A stretch of 50,594 nucleotides of DNA, counting the filler, from Sphacelaria rigidula (lineage: Eukaryota), in NCBI GenBank assembly GCA_964200075.2. It is 3 parts of 3 records of this genome, joined end to end, with 100 filler letters (N's around TTAATTAATTAA, not from the genome) between each part and the next. Parts side by side here need not be neighbours in the genome. Positions count along the whole stretch, not along the records: positions 33,807 to 50,594 come from CAXNAA020001254.1; 2 more parts are not named here. One strand, given 5' to 3'. The notes beneath the pieces are model-generated. The model searched no databases. It saw only the letters and a program-made list of their open reading frames with translations, and was not told where the DNA came from. The position numbers and the translations under genes were made by a program. Numbering within the stretch: position 1 is the stretch's first letter; each line of letters starts with the position of its first letter. Positions 37,351-49,829 of this stretch are shown here, piece after piece.

Positions 37351-40300
37351 GGGGGGGGGTCGGGGGCAAATATGAACTAGCGTTCCACGTGCTCCTGAGC
37401 CTTGATGCCACTCGATGCAGTCTACAAAACGCTGATGAACCAACGACATACTGCCTGGAAGCTAGGGGTGCTCACCAGGTAGTATCCGCAGATCATCACC
37501 ATCAATATATGTATCGATGTGCACACTACAATATCATCCATCACACCAGGTCGATTTTAGAGCATGATGACCATCCCGACCGGACACTAGAACAAGGAGG
37601 CTCGGCAGTAAAGGTTTGCTACCCCATTGCTGTATTCAAGTGTGGGAGGAGAACAACTGTTGCATAATTTCTGAACTCCACGTCCTCGAGTCGGTCGGCC
37701 CCGTGGCTCAGTTGGTCACCTCGAAACCTCGTGACGGTTGGGGCGTGGGTTCGAATCTCGGTGATTTCCAACGATCTGAGATTTCTGGACACCCTGGCCA
37801 TTAGACTGGATCTATTGCTATTGCAATGGAATCTGCTGCAGTAGGTGACGAGATTGTCGTTCGTAATGTATATCGATCGACAAGTTTCTCCTTCTGTCGT
37901 CCTCGGCAATGTACAGTATGTCGATATTGGCCTTTCCCTGACTTCTGTCCGGGGGCAGCAGTCTAGTGTGGTCCTACACCTGAAACTAATATGAGCTGGG
38001 CCAGCCAACAATGGGTGATTTTCTCGCTCAGGCGACGTACGACGTGAAATTAGGAATTGGACACCGAAATTTTGGCAACAGCGTTTTATGATCGACATGA
38101 AGAACACCCCGTGAGCAGAAAAGAGAAAAAAAGAAGTAAGTTATGGGGATTTGAAATTTCAGCAAAAACATGATTACGTCAAAAATCCAGGAGAAAAATG
38201 AGAATATGCAGATGCTCACGGGATGTATCATTTCCTTGGATGCAGAAGGTCTTCGTGAGATTTCAGCTCAACAGTCGTCGAATTGGGCCGTGCGTGCAAT
38301 GTTTTGCGTGACGCTGCTGCACCCATATAGTTCACGTGATGGGAGACTCCAATCATGAAGGTCATGAGTTCGAATCCCGACAGGTTCCCCTTTTTTTTCC
38401 CGTCCGTCCATAAGGTCGTATATTATGCAGTTCATTTTTTCATTATTTTTTTCTTCATCCAGCGGCGGTGCCGTGTGTTACCAGGTTGGTCTGCACTTCA
38501 CAGTGGTATGCTTACATCGGGTCCATTCGGGAAACTGGTAAAACTCCCATGGGTGGGACTGGAGGGCCTAACGACCAAAAAGCAGCAGCAAACTAAAAAA
38601 AACGTAAGTGCGGAGGAATAATGAACACGTCAGTAGGTGGTCGCACCTGTGCCGAGGCCCTCTCGAGCAGAACGCACGCTTCATCACTTATAAACTTAGT
38701 TTACTATGGGACAGCTCCTGCACGGGAGATCGCGCGGTTCTCGACACAGGAAGCAAGCCAACCCACAGCACTTCACACACCACCGCATACACACAAGATC
38801 TAGGGGATTCTATTCCACATTTTCCAGGCGTCGCGCCAGCAGCGAGAAGACCCCCTTCCAGCGCGCAAAACACCTCATTTGTGTATGTTTGGGTTGGTCG
38901 CGGCTCAGTATCACGCTCAAACGAAAACGTGAATTAGGTTGACCTAGCTTGGGAGTGTGGGAAGCGCACGCAAGAAACGGCAGTCCAATCCTCTGCTCCG
39001 TCACCAAGTTCTACGCGTGCACGATCGGCACTTTAGGATTGAGGATTAGTATCTAGCACTATTATAATAGAGGTCCAACATAGCGAATTAAAAAAAATCA
39101 GTGCGCAAGTTGTTTTTCTCGCCGCAAGTTGTCACGACATGCAGTTTGGTTGCGCGTCGGCTGGCGCTGCTGCTTAGTTCTGTGTGGCTGTTCACAAAAG
39201 GCAATTTCGCCTTTCAACAGCGAGTATCCCTTCAAATGTCGAAATTCAGAGGGGGAGTTTACAGAAGACAAAGCTAGCGGCTGCTTCGTGTTCGAGCTCC
39301 AGTGCAGAAGCCGAGGCGTCTACAGCGACTGTAGTACTTGCACTGCCTTACATCTGCTCGCGACTGTTGTGATCATGTACTCAGTAGTTGTTTATATTTA
39401 CTAATATAAGAGAGAGATGCAAACTATGCGACGGTCGATGGCTTCGTTTTGGGCTGCATATTTTGTGTTCGACAAAATACTCATCGACAGGCTTCCCCCG
39501 CGTCCATCACTGAAGCAATGGACTATCATTGCGCCCATTAGAGATTTTCGGAAAACGCCTTTTCGTCTTTTCAGAATGCAGAATAAAAAAAAAACGTTGT
39601 CGAAAAAAGCTAAGGGGATACCACATTCGACAGAGGGGGAAAAATAAATTTCCGTTACACTCTGATCCTGAGATATTTACATTCTGAAATGATGAAAAAG
39701 CGTTCTCCGAAACTCTCCATTATCCACAGTGTGGATTTTCTTTTCTTTCTTACATCAGGCTCAACAGTGGAGAGCGACGATGTCGTGGGTACACAAAATT
39801 CGACTGCACGGTGGACAAGGTAGAAGCACCACTGAATGCTTCTCGCGATACAAGAGGGAGGCAAGCACCGCAGAAGGAAAGTGGAGTACTGCTTGCGCAC
39901 AGCGAAGATGGCATGACACACTCCAACCCACACATGAGAGACGGGGCAGGGATGCAGTGCATACCGCATGCAAAGCATAACAGGACATTTCCAGGAGAAT
40001 ATTCTTCTCCTTTTCCCTACAGCAGTTTTGCACCAAAAGGCGGGGAGCGCTCACCTCCTGTCCACGAAAGCTGCCATCACATTTCTCTCAATCTTGGACC
40101 AAAAATATGAAAACGACGGTGAGGAAAAAACACACCACACTCTAATCAGTATATGGTCAATAGTTGCAGCAGCAAACAAAAAATGTACCGCGTGAAGTAT
40201 AGCCCTACTGCTCCTACTAGAGAGTTTCGGAAAGCAAGATTTTGAGCCAAAAACTCAGTGATAATCTGCGTCTTCTTACTAAAATTCAATCAAACAGTAA

Positions 40301-43300
40301 CAAGCCCTGGGTTTTCTGGCCTATTTTTGCTTTCCGAAACTCTCTACTCACTGTGTATATATATATAGACACACACACACACACACACGAAAGTCGCGAT
40401 ACTTCTTGAGCCAATCTGATCCCATCCTCGACAACAAAAAGCACGGCAACGGAGTGCTGGAAGGACAGATGAGTCGAGACAGCGGATCCATCCCCAGGAT
40501 GGGGCGGCGCGTCTGGCGGGGTTCAAGGTACAACGAAGACCCCCTCCACTATACTGCACCTGCAGTGCCGACATCGCGCCCTCAGCCGCGGCGAGGTGAA
40601 GTGGCCTATTACCCACCCCGTCCGCTGCGTCTACGCAAGCCCCCCGGTTGAGCAGAAGCCTACAGCAAGTGGCATGGTTGCGCCGTGCAGCCCCGTGGAG
40701 AGGTGTTCCGGATATGTCGTCTGAGTGCTCCAGATCTGCGCCCGCGTCGAGCAGGATTTCGATCACCTGGGTGCAGTTGTTTTTGGTTCCGTTGTCGACG
40801 AGTTCGCGAAAGGACAAGAGATCGCGAGGGCAAGCATGAGAGGGCGAGAGAGAAGCAGAGCAAGTAACGGTTGGCTCTCAGGAGGACATGCTCTGATTTG
40901 AAACAGTGAAGCAAGCTATGGCAACACAACAGGTGTCAGGCGGGCGGCAAATACTACGGAGCAGTGTAATGAAGACTGTCTTTGCCCATGTTATCCATGG
41001 TTAAATGGTCATGATGACCAAAATGGTACAGCACGGCCAGACCGCGAGGTGGTCTACCTACGGTCTATCAACAGCTGGAGGAGAACCACGGGATCACTTT
41101 GCTCGCCGCGATTGGTCACAGTGGTCTCTCCTTTCTTCTCGAGCCTAGTTCCTGGCCTACAAACTTTTCCGTCAACAAAAAAAAAAATCAAACACACATG
41201 CTTGACTTCGTGAGACCGCGTCTTGCCGAGACCAACAGAATAAGTGGGAAAAGGAACACGCGTTCAAAAGCAGCACGGCGATTAGTTGCCGCAACCATAG
41301 ATCCGTCCGGCGATCAGTCAACACGCTGCTTTTGGGCGCTTGCTCCTCTTCAAGCGTGTTTTGTTGTCTCGAGAAGACACTACCCGAGCTTCTCGGCTGT
41401 TTTTCGAACAAGAGCCCCCCCCCCCCTCCCCTTGGAAACCCCTCCATGTTCCTGAACCGGCAGCCGGTGGAACTGGTTCGAGCCGACGTTCGTAGTCGAG
41501 GGGTCAACCCCTTTGGAACTCACAAAGGAAATGGATCATTTGCATTTGACGGTTTTTGAGCAAGGAATGGTTGATGGTTTACAGCTCAGACGCAACAGAA
41601 TTCACCAAATGCGTATTTTTTAGACCCGTGCGAGTGACAAGTGGAACAAGAGGTTTCCTTTTCCCCGATGTGCCGTATCAGACCCTGGGACCCATTGCTG
41701 TTTTTTGAATGGAATGTTTCACCGTGTTTTTTGCTGAATATTGTCGATGGATACAAATCACACCCTCGACAATATATGGTCAATATATGCAATAGACGAG
41801 AAATGTACTGCATAAAGTATAGGCCTGTTGTGACTTTTGTCGACCGACATTAGTCGCAATAGACCTATACTTTATGCAGTACGTTTCTTGTCTAATGCAA
41901 GTATTAAGCATATATTGTCCAAGGTGTGATACAATTCGACACACGTCATCCATCACGTGGTGTGATTGGACAAACCTCACCCGACCTCTCGAGGACGGGC
42001 ATTTTTCCTGCACCCGCCGCATGTGCTACGGGATTCTTCAGTCTTCCATCGTAAAATGGTTACCGTCGGCCTTTTCTGTGATCATATTTTCCTCTTTGTC
42101 AGGGCTCCTCATAATGAGGCGTTTGGCCCGGGGACAGGAGAGGAGGGTTCCAAAAGGGTAAACGAGACTGAAAAACACGAGAGCGCATTGTGATGATGAG
42201 ATTGGTTTCTGGCGATAATGCCGTCTCCCTCCTCAACGTGTGATTGGTTGACGGCTGATGCTCCGTTCTCATCGCCTCCGAAATCATTTCAACAAATATG
42301 GATAATTTTGGAATTGAAAAAAGTGAGGACGGAGCAACAATCCGAACAGAGGTATCTCAACCTCGGCTCCCGGTATCGTGGTTTATTCGCTGGCTCTGAG
42401 TTGTGTCCTATTTCTTCAAGTGAAGGTGATTGCGATTCATAGAAGGAGCTGACCTGGCGGTCAAAGGGTCTCATCATCTCACGAATAGCCATGACGTTCA
42501 CTTGAAAAAATAGAACCAAATAAGCCAGGATATCGGGAGCCGAGTTCGAGATACCTCCTAATAGAAGGCGAGCGGCACGTGAAATGGTTGCCAGGCGCGG
42601 GCTGCTCGGCTCATCATGGGGTGCACAGAGGGCTTTCCCATCAACAGCTACCTTGCGGGAACCCTACAACCGACGTGACCAGCTCTCGAAATGAGACGAC
42701 CGCAGCCATATCTCCCAGCATTTCGCCGAGTAAGCGCAAGGTGAGTAGGCATCGTTGCACGGTCGAAACACGCACCGTCTCTCGCACCGAAAAGAGCATC
42801 AGCAAAAACAGCAGTATCGGCACCGGCTGATTCAGCCCCACCGCCAACCGTACACACCCGCTGGTAGCAAAGCTGCTGTTGCTACTGCTCTCAGGGCCAA
42901 ATTGGTCATCGTTTCGAGTGTGCGATTATGGCGATGCACTTTGGGCGTGATTGTCGCCCTCCTGTGAATCCCGGTCTATTTTGGGTGTTTTTTTTGTTCT
43001 TGTTGTCGTCGACAGGAAAGGCGGGTGATTTCTCGCGATCAAGTTGTGCACCGTTAAATACTTGCAACAAAATCATAATTTCATTGTCATTTCTTGGCGT
43101 CGTTCATCTATCTGTTGACTATCGGACACTGTTCTCCATGTGTGGAATCGGCATCATCTTCATTCGAAACACGACTGAAAATAATCCCGATTACACAATT
43201 TGGACTGAAGGCGGGGCCTCAGCGTGATTCCAGAGCCACGAGAACATTCTTCTATCGTAGTACCAAGTGGTGGTAGGTACATGAGAGAAGAGAGAGAGAC

Positions 43301-46300
43301 TTTGATCTCCCAGCACTTCGTCGAGTGACCCAGCATGGACTCATCGGCGAGTAGTACGGACCACGGATTCCCAATACGAAGTGAGCCAGCTTAAAAGCGG
43401 CGAATAGTTGCCCACACCACAACTTTCCCAGTTTCTCGAATGAACCCGATGTAAGCATATCACTGTGAACTGCAGACCCACGTGATGACAAAGGACTGCG
43501 TCGCTGTTCGATTGGCGTCGTATTGCCGATGACGTTTTTGTACTGCATAGAGTATGGGGTGCGTCCGAGATCGTTGGTCGATAGCGTGTCGGAATACTTT
43601 TTTTTTTTAATGCGGTGGGTTCACGTCATCAATCACCCCGCACTGGGTATATGTTGGGTGCAGCAGCGTCACGCAAAACGTTGCACGCACGGCCCAATTC
43701 GACGACTCTTGAGCTGAAATTTCAGGAAGACCTTCTGCACCCCCAACGAAATGATACATCCTGGGTTCAGCTGCAGATTCTCATTTTTTTTCTGGACTTG
43801 TGATGACATTATTTTAATTTTGCTGAAATTTCAAACCCCCGTAACTTCCTTTTTTCTTTGCTGGTCTCGGGATGTTTTGCATTCCGATCCTAAAAAGCTT
43901 CTGTCAAAATTTCAGTGCCCAATTCCTAATTTTACGCAGTGCGATGCCCGGGCGAGGAAACTAACTACTGTCGGTTAGCCCAGCTCGTAGGGCGGCGATC
44001 ATGCGCAAGGTGCATGGGCGTTGTCGCGCAGTCGGAACGCGGACCGTCTCTCGCACGACGAATACAAGAAAGAGCAGCAAGAGCAGCAGTATCAGCACCG
44101 GCTGATCCAGCGCTCATCTCAAACCGCACACAGCTGCTGCTGCTGCTACTGCTGCCCCTCTTTCTCATGCGAGAGACGGTCGGCATTATGACCTTGCGAC
44201 GCCACCGACGCACCTTGCGCGTGATTGCCGCCCTGTTGAGAATTTCCGGTCTGTTGGCGTGACGTCAACACATTCTCACCATCATTTTTCTGTTCCCTCC
44301 GGTAGGAAAGGCGGGCGACTTTTCGTGATGAGATTTCGAATCGTAACTGATCATCCAAATTATAATTTCATGAACTTTTCCTCTCTTCCCCCCTCTGTCT
44401 CGATAGGACACAGCCTGGCGGGACAAGCACACACACAAACACGAAAGTGCAACAATGCACCGACGCCTGACCAATGAGGTCAAGTCTAGTCCAGTACAGT
44501 CCACTTGAACGTCAACTGAGCTGTCCAGTAAGGAGAGACCTGGACCGAGTTCGAACGACCATTTTGGCGAGCCCTCGATTAGCTGAAGCCCTCTCTGATG
44601 TAGACTATAATTGAGCGTAGTTGCAAGATCTGAATCTAAACGGCACTTCTCATGTACAAAAATCATGTAAGGCCTATACTCAGCCTTGGGCTTTCTCGAC
44701 AGGCCCGTGCGTATCTTTGTTAACCCTTAGACCGCGAGGTTAGTTTTCTGTTGAATCGGCATCAATCTCGAGAGGAAAAAAGTATGCATGATCCTGAAAG
44801 ACTAATCTCGCGGTCTGAGGGTTAAGAGCATTCGCGCACTGTCATGCCTGAGCATACATCAGGATAGGGAGGTCTCGTGTACAGACATGTCTGAAACGTA
44901 TCTGTACAGTCTGCGTTTTGTTGTGTCATTTTGCTCGGGGTGGTCCATCTTCCATCAATGGAGTTGACGGACCCATCTGCGGCAACGAAGCAGATGGTTT
45001 TGTCCTCATGAGAAAACAAGGAAGAACAGGGGGAGAATTTTCCTACTCCGTGTTGGAGCGCAGAAGCACGCTCCCCTCTGACGCATATTACAATGCTTCA
45101 GTTGAATAGGACAGCATGGTGTAGCCATTGTGGAGAGCAGCGATCAGGACATTGCTCTTGTACGTGTATTACGATCCCACCTATTCCGGACGATAGTCTA
45201 CCTATACCGGTCGGTACATGTGGGAGCATCAGCCGGGGTCATACAGGATCAGATGAAAAAACGATGGCGTATGTCGGCATGCGTGGGATTTACGGAGGTT
45301 TTGTGTACCAACTTTTGAGCCAGGGAACGGGGGCTCCGCGTTCCATATAGATGGCTGAAGCTCGACTCACTACGGAAAAATAAACATGTCTACAAAAGTT
45401 GAAAAGTTCCACCGTGTTCTTCAAGCCCTGCTCGCGTCACGCGCCGGAGGGGTCCGTCCATCAGTTTGGCTGGGATATTTTAGTACATACGGCACACCGA
45501 CAAGCTGACAGAAAAAAACGGGTGAAACTATCATGACTCTCTTTCTTGACGAAACACCGATGGACATCAACATTGACATCATGGCTGCACTGACTGTCGT
45601 CTGCGGTGTTATACTGAGAGTAGGACCTCGCTGTCATCTGAAAGATGGAAAGAAATGAAAACCCCTTACTGTTGTACTGCTGTGGGTTCTTATCCAAGAC
45701 CTCCCTGTGTAGATTGCTATAATATCACCACCATTGTACTGTTCTCTCTGTACACCACTGTGTGTACGATGTGTATCATGTGTAGTGTGCAACCCGAGAC
45801 CGCTCAAGCCTCGCACCACACGCTCTTTGCACGAGACATGGCAAGGACAGGTAATGATAAGAGAGGGAGACCATAGACAGCAGCTATTCAGCTCGTGTGC
45901 GTCGTTCCTGTAGCACTCGCGGCGTGTTCGCAGCTGTTAAGGGTGAACTCTTCTTCACAAATCCGCACCGACACATCGGTTCAAATGTCAGAGGAATATA
46001 TACCGATCACGACTTCACGTACCTCTTTACTTCCTGCGACCGCGGCAAGGTTGAGTGGGCTGCTGCCCAGATTGTTCTCCGCGTTGACGTCCGCACCCCG
46101 TGCAAGCAACAGCCTCACGATGTCCACCTCCCCATGGCTGCTTGCAAGGTGTAGGGCACTATCCCGAAAGTCATCTGTGGCCAGCACCAATTGCCTCGCG
46201 CACTCTTCATCTGTACAGCCGAGTATTTCGGCCGCCTTCCAGGGGTCGTGATTGCAGCAGGCTTCGAGCAATTGAACCGAGTTACGCTTAAACCACGCAT

Positions 46301-46646
46301 CCGTAGTGGTAGTAGCACCATCAGGAACAGTGCCGGGAGCGGACGGGGCTCGGAGTTGCTGCTGGTGATAGTGCTGCTGCTGGTTAGCGTGGGGGTCAGC
46401 GAAATCAGTGAAGTCGCCGATAAAAAATGTGCTGTCCTCTTGTTGCAGCTGTTGTTCTTGTTGTTGCTGCTGCCGCTGCCGTTCATCCTCGGGCATGTGT
46501 TGATTCGGCATGGCTACCATCGCCGACTCGTCAGCAGCGGTAGATGCGGAAGATGTCATCGATTCGGGGACGGGTTGTTTCCTCCATTGCTGCTGCGTTC
46601 GTTGCTGGTGCTGGTGCTGGTGCATATTCTGGGGGAAAATTACCAT
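36572..46646 (-). CDS. Ankyrin repeat protein with Gln-rich N-terminus (~320 aa, 3 exons)
   Basis: Exons 46023-46646 (ATG at 46646 or 46625), 40560-40766 and 36572-36706, all phase 0 with GT-AG. Ankyrin motifs: DSALHLASSHGEVDIVRLLLARGADVNAEN, SSPLNLAAVAGSKE|VIEILLDAGADLEH, GTPLHGAARRNHATCCRLLLNRGACVDAAD, NRPLHLAAAEGAMSALQ|ALVKHYANVHIRNTRGQTPLDVA. Ends in TAG. Confidence 0.9.
36830..37205. repeat. Dispersed repeat family C, most complete copy
   Basis: Core CATTGACCTCGCATCCCTACAAAGC..GCACGCCGGGTTTT.GCCGGAC.AGGCTC.CA.TC.ATCACCAAGC.CGAAGCGCCGTGATGTGTTCGG.GAGTCG.ATGAAGGG. It recurs at ~16380-16670, ~16907-17055 and ~18765-18955. Confidence 0.8.
37697..37770 (+). mobile_element. tRNA-derived SINE head / tRNA pseudogene
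   Basis: A-box TGGCTCAGTTGG (37704-37715) and B-box GGTTCGAATC (37748-37757) at tRNA spacing, but the acceptor stem does not pair. Confidence 0.55.
37993..38557 (+). repeat. Dispersed repeat family B, copy 1 (ankyrin intron 2)
   Basis: Reverse-complement match to 43410-43986, e.g. GTCGTCGAATTGGGCCGTGCGTGCAA.GTTTTGCGTGACGCTGCTGCACCCA and TATGCTTACATCGGGT.CATTCG.GAAACTGG. Confidence 0.8.
41742..41941. mobile_element. Palindromic (foldback) MITE family A, copy 2
   Basis: Same arm sequence (CACACCCT..GACAATATATGGTCAATA..AAATGTACTGCATAAAGTATAGGCCT). The centre TGTCGACCGACA is in the opposite orientation to copy 1. Confidence 0.75.
43410..43986 (-). repeat. Dispersed repeat family B, copy 2 (ankyrin intron 1), inverted
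   Basis: Inverted counterpart of 37993-38557. Confidence 0.8.
44724..44821. mobile_element. piggyBac-like miniature element (98 bp) with TTAA TSD
   Basis: TTAA|CCCTTAGACCGCGAGGTTAGT ... ACTAATCTCGCGGTCTGAGGG|TTAA. The 21-bp TIR has 2 mismatches and CCC/GGG termini. Confidence 0.8.
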
Positions 46647-47782
46647 GATCTGGTTTATGCTCCGTCTGGCCGTTTTCACTGTCCCGTCAAATCAACAAAA
46701 AAAGGAGCCACTTCTATACCAAAAAAAGAAAATTTGATTTGCTTGCTCGATCCCAATCCCTCTCGAGAGTACTGCCCTGATATTCAGCACAGTTTGTTTT
46801 ACTGCACGAAGGAGCACTGGTCACTTCTCGCGATACCTGTGGTGGTTGATCATAGGTTCAAGTAGAAGTGCAGCTAGAGGGGGAGCAAGCCAAGCGAAGA
46901 AAGATCTGCGTGCTTTGCGTGTGGTGGGGCGCAGTTACCCTGCTTCAGATAAAATGGTTAATCATCACATCAACCTTGCCCCTGCTTGAGAAAGCCTTCG
47001 AAATCTTTAGGTATAACATATAGTCTCTACTATTATTTGAAACACTAGCCCAAACTCTCGACTCTCGAACCCATGGTCACAGACCTTGTCACAGACAGTT
47101 GTGAGAGTACTTCACTATTTATTATTCAGTAATATATATATATATATTGTCTTTCACTTGCTCAAAATAATAAATCAACCATCCCACCATCCACCCATCC
47201 ATCCTCAAACAATCTTTAATTTAATTAATTAATTTTTATATTGACATTCCTATTACGTACAGAAGTGCCTTTTTATTGAGCGTCTTCTGGTGAGACTGGA
47301 AAAATGAAGCAACACAAATGAAAATGAGGTAGACGCGTCAAGAAAACAGAAGGAAAAAGCCCCTACGAGTACCCGTTTTTTTTTGCACACTTGTCTAGAA
47401 TATGCAGTATACAGTAGAGAACGATGGCGCTGATCGTTTTATACTACAGATACACTGTACGTACTGTCTGTACAACATGCACTTGACTTGTGCTTCAAAA
47501 ACGGTATGTGGGTCCTCCAGCACTTATTTCTATATAGTTGCTCTACATTCACGTGTTCATGTAAACGGCTATTATTGTGTCTTTGAAAAAACGGCTACCT
47601 GTAATATAAAGCCACAAGGCAATGTGTAATCAATCAATCAATCAATGCGGCGTGTCTATTTTTTTTTTTTGCACCTTGGGGGGATTCGCGGGCTAATGGT
47701 TAGCTGGTCCGTCTTAGATAAAATACACGATAGTCATTCGCATGCTCTCCTTTGGTCGCCTGCTTTCCCCCGCTAGGTTGCG
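46647..47782. promoter_or_regulatory. Divergent intergenic/promoter region between ankyrin gene and plastid-targeted gene
   Basis: Head-to-head starts ~1.1 kb apart, with an AT-rich core at 47110-47280. Confidence 0.4.
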
Positions 47783-48093
47783 ATGGAGCCACGACGGTTG
47801 CCGCTGCCTGCACTATGGGCAGCAACAATCCTCGTGATATCATCGAATGTCACGGCATTTATAGTCAGCAGCGCTAGTATCGTGAGATTAGGACGTGTCC
47901 GTTTCAACCTTTTGCGACCCAGTAGCAGCAAAGATCAGTATCATGAACATCAGCACAGCAGACAGGGATGCCCAGGGCGCCGCGCCTGCGTTACTGCGCC
48001 GGCTATGATGAGTTCATTGCGGACGTTCGAGCCGGGTGAGCTTCAGCTTCAGCGATTTATCGGCGAGCTAGGCTTCGTGGAAATTACAGATTG
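47783..48093 (+). CDS. First exon of a probable plastid-targeted protein of unknown function
   Basis: ATG is preceded by an acceptor-like TTTCCCCCGCTAG. A hydrophobic signal peptide ends VTA-FIV (ASAFAP-like cleavage, Phe at +1) and is followed by a Ser/Arg-rich transit-like segment, then SLRTFEPGELQLQRFIGELGFVEITD. Donor TG|GTGCGT at 48093/4. No further exon was recognised in the window. Confidence 0.7.
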
Positions 48094-49379
48094 GTGCGTC
48101 AAATATAAGAAATACATGAGGGAAGGCAGGGCATCCACGGCGGTATTGTAGAACGGCAACATGTATATCGCGTTGGGGTTGGGTTATAGAGTCAGCGCCC
48201 CCTCCTGCCTCTGTCGTACTGACTATTGTACAGACTGCTGTACTTAGTAACTGTACATGGGACGGACGAAGGCAGTTTTTTGCATACGACAGACTGTCGT
48301 ACAGACCGTAGTTCAGTAGGTATTCCTACCATATACGCTCACTTAATCGACCGTGGTTTGTATAATGTCGTGAACATGTGCTTTGGGGTACGGTTGACCT
48401 TTGAGACACATACCTTGTACGACTGAGGCCTGCGATGGATCTCGGAACACTTACAGGCTGGTTCACGAACCCCCCCCCAAATTCTGTCATCAGCAAATGC
48501 CTTCTGCAATGCGCACCCAATAGTCGCATACATGGTATCATACTGACCGCAATGAACCGACGAACAGGGTGACATAGCCGGGTTTTTTTTAAGGCTATAG
48601 CGGTGGCGCTATGGACAAAAATGTGTCTCGACCAATCAGCGCCTTTCAAACTGTTCCGAAATTGAAAATACGAATTCCAAGCCCAATTTCCACCGCATTC
48701 CCACATGCTTCAAATCGCAGTGACCGTCATCACCTCAAGAATCTAACGGAAGAAACGGATTTGAAAACGGTTCCAACGGGCTCGAATTATACCCGAAACT
48801 GTAATGTTTTCGTGATGTGGAGTTTTGCGTTCTCTGATTTCCACTCATGATACGCAGGAAAGACTCAGGAAGCCTCGTGACGATTTCCCTTATATCTGTT
48901 GTAGAAAAACGCAGATCATCCTCGAACTTGGCAGTTCCGTAGGTATTGATGCTCCAAATGGAAAAATTGTGTTCTTGTCAAGGGTTCAGAGTTTCTCCGT
49001 TCTCTACCAGCTTCCAGGGATCCCAGTACAAAACCCCCCGAAAGGCGGTACAGAATGACGAAAAAAAGAAAATAGTAACATGATGCGTCCTAGGATTAGA
49101 GCCTGGTATCATATCAACTTTTCGAGATATAGTGTATCTATATATACCCCTCCCGAAAAAGGTGATATGTCATAAAAGTTGATATATTCGTAGTCATGTT
49201 CATATACCCCCCATTTTTCCATATATCGCTATGAATCTGATATATTTAGGGTGTATGATATATAGGGTATATCGTATATATTCTATATATACTATTTATC
49301 ACGTTATTTCTGGCTGTGTGATGTGTATCACCTGGCAGCATCTGACCTATACGATAGTGAAATAACCTGCTATTTAACC

Positions 49380-49829
49380 TATAAACACAGAATCTTACAA
49401 GTTGGGGATGGATCTTTTATTGGGGATGAGAAGCCCGGAGAAATCAAATCTTTGTATCCACACCAAACCTTCGAAATATGGTTCCATTTCTTCACCTAGT
49501 GATAACTATTGATAACTGCCACACGCCACAGAAATTTGGATCTAGATCACCGAAATGTTGGGGTCGTAGGTGAAAAACCAATTTCGGAACCATTTTGGCG
49601 TCTGTTCGGACGCTCGGAATTCCCCAAAATTGTTTTTCCATCCAGGACCCCAACATTTCGGTGACCGAAATCCAAACTTCTGTGGCTTGTAGCAGTTTTT
49701 AATGGCTATCAGTAGGTGAAGAAATGGAACCATATTTCGAAATTTGGTGTAGATACGAAGATTTTAATCTTGCGGGCTTTCATCCCCAATAGAAGATCCA
49801 TCCCCAATTTGTAAGATCCCGTGTTTATA
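49380..49829. mobile_element. Foldback element (~450 bp, whole-length inverted repeat, TA ends)
   Basis: TATAAACAC.GAATCTTACAA.TTGGGGATGGATCTT..ATTGGGGATGA...TTCGAAATATGGTTCCATTTCTTCACCTA...CACCGAAATGTTGGGGTC is mirrored around ~49605. Confidence 0.8.

Noticed and set aside
37697..37770. Functional tRNA gene
   Set aside because: The acceptor and anticodon stems do not pair, so it is treated as a SINE head.
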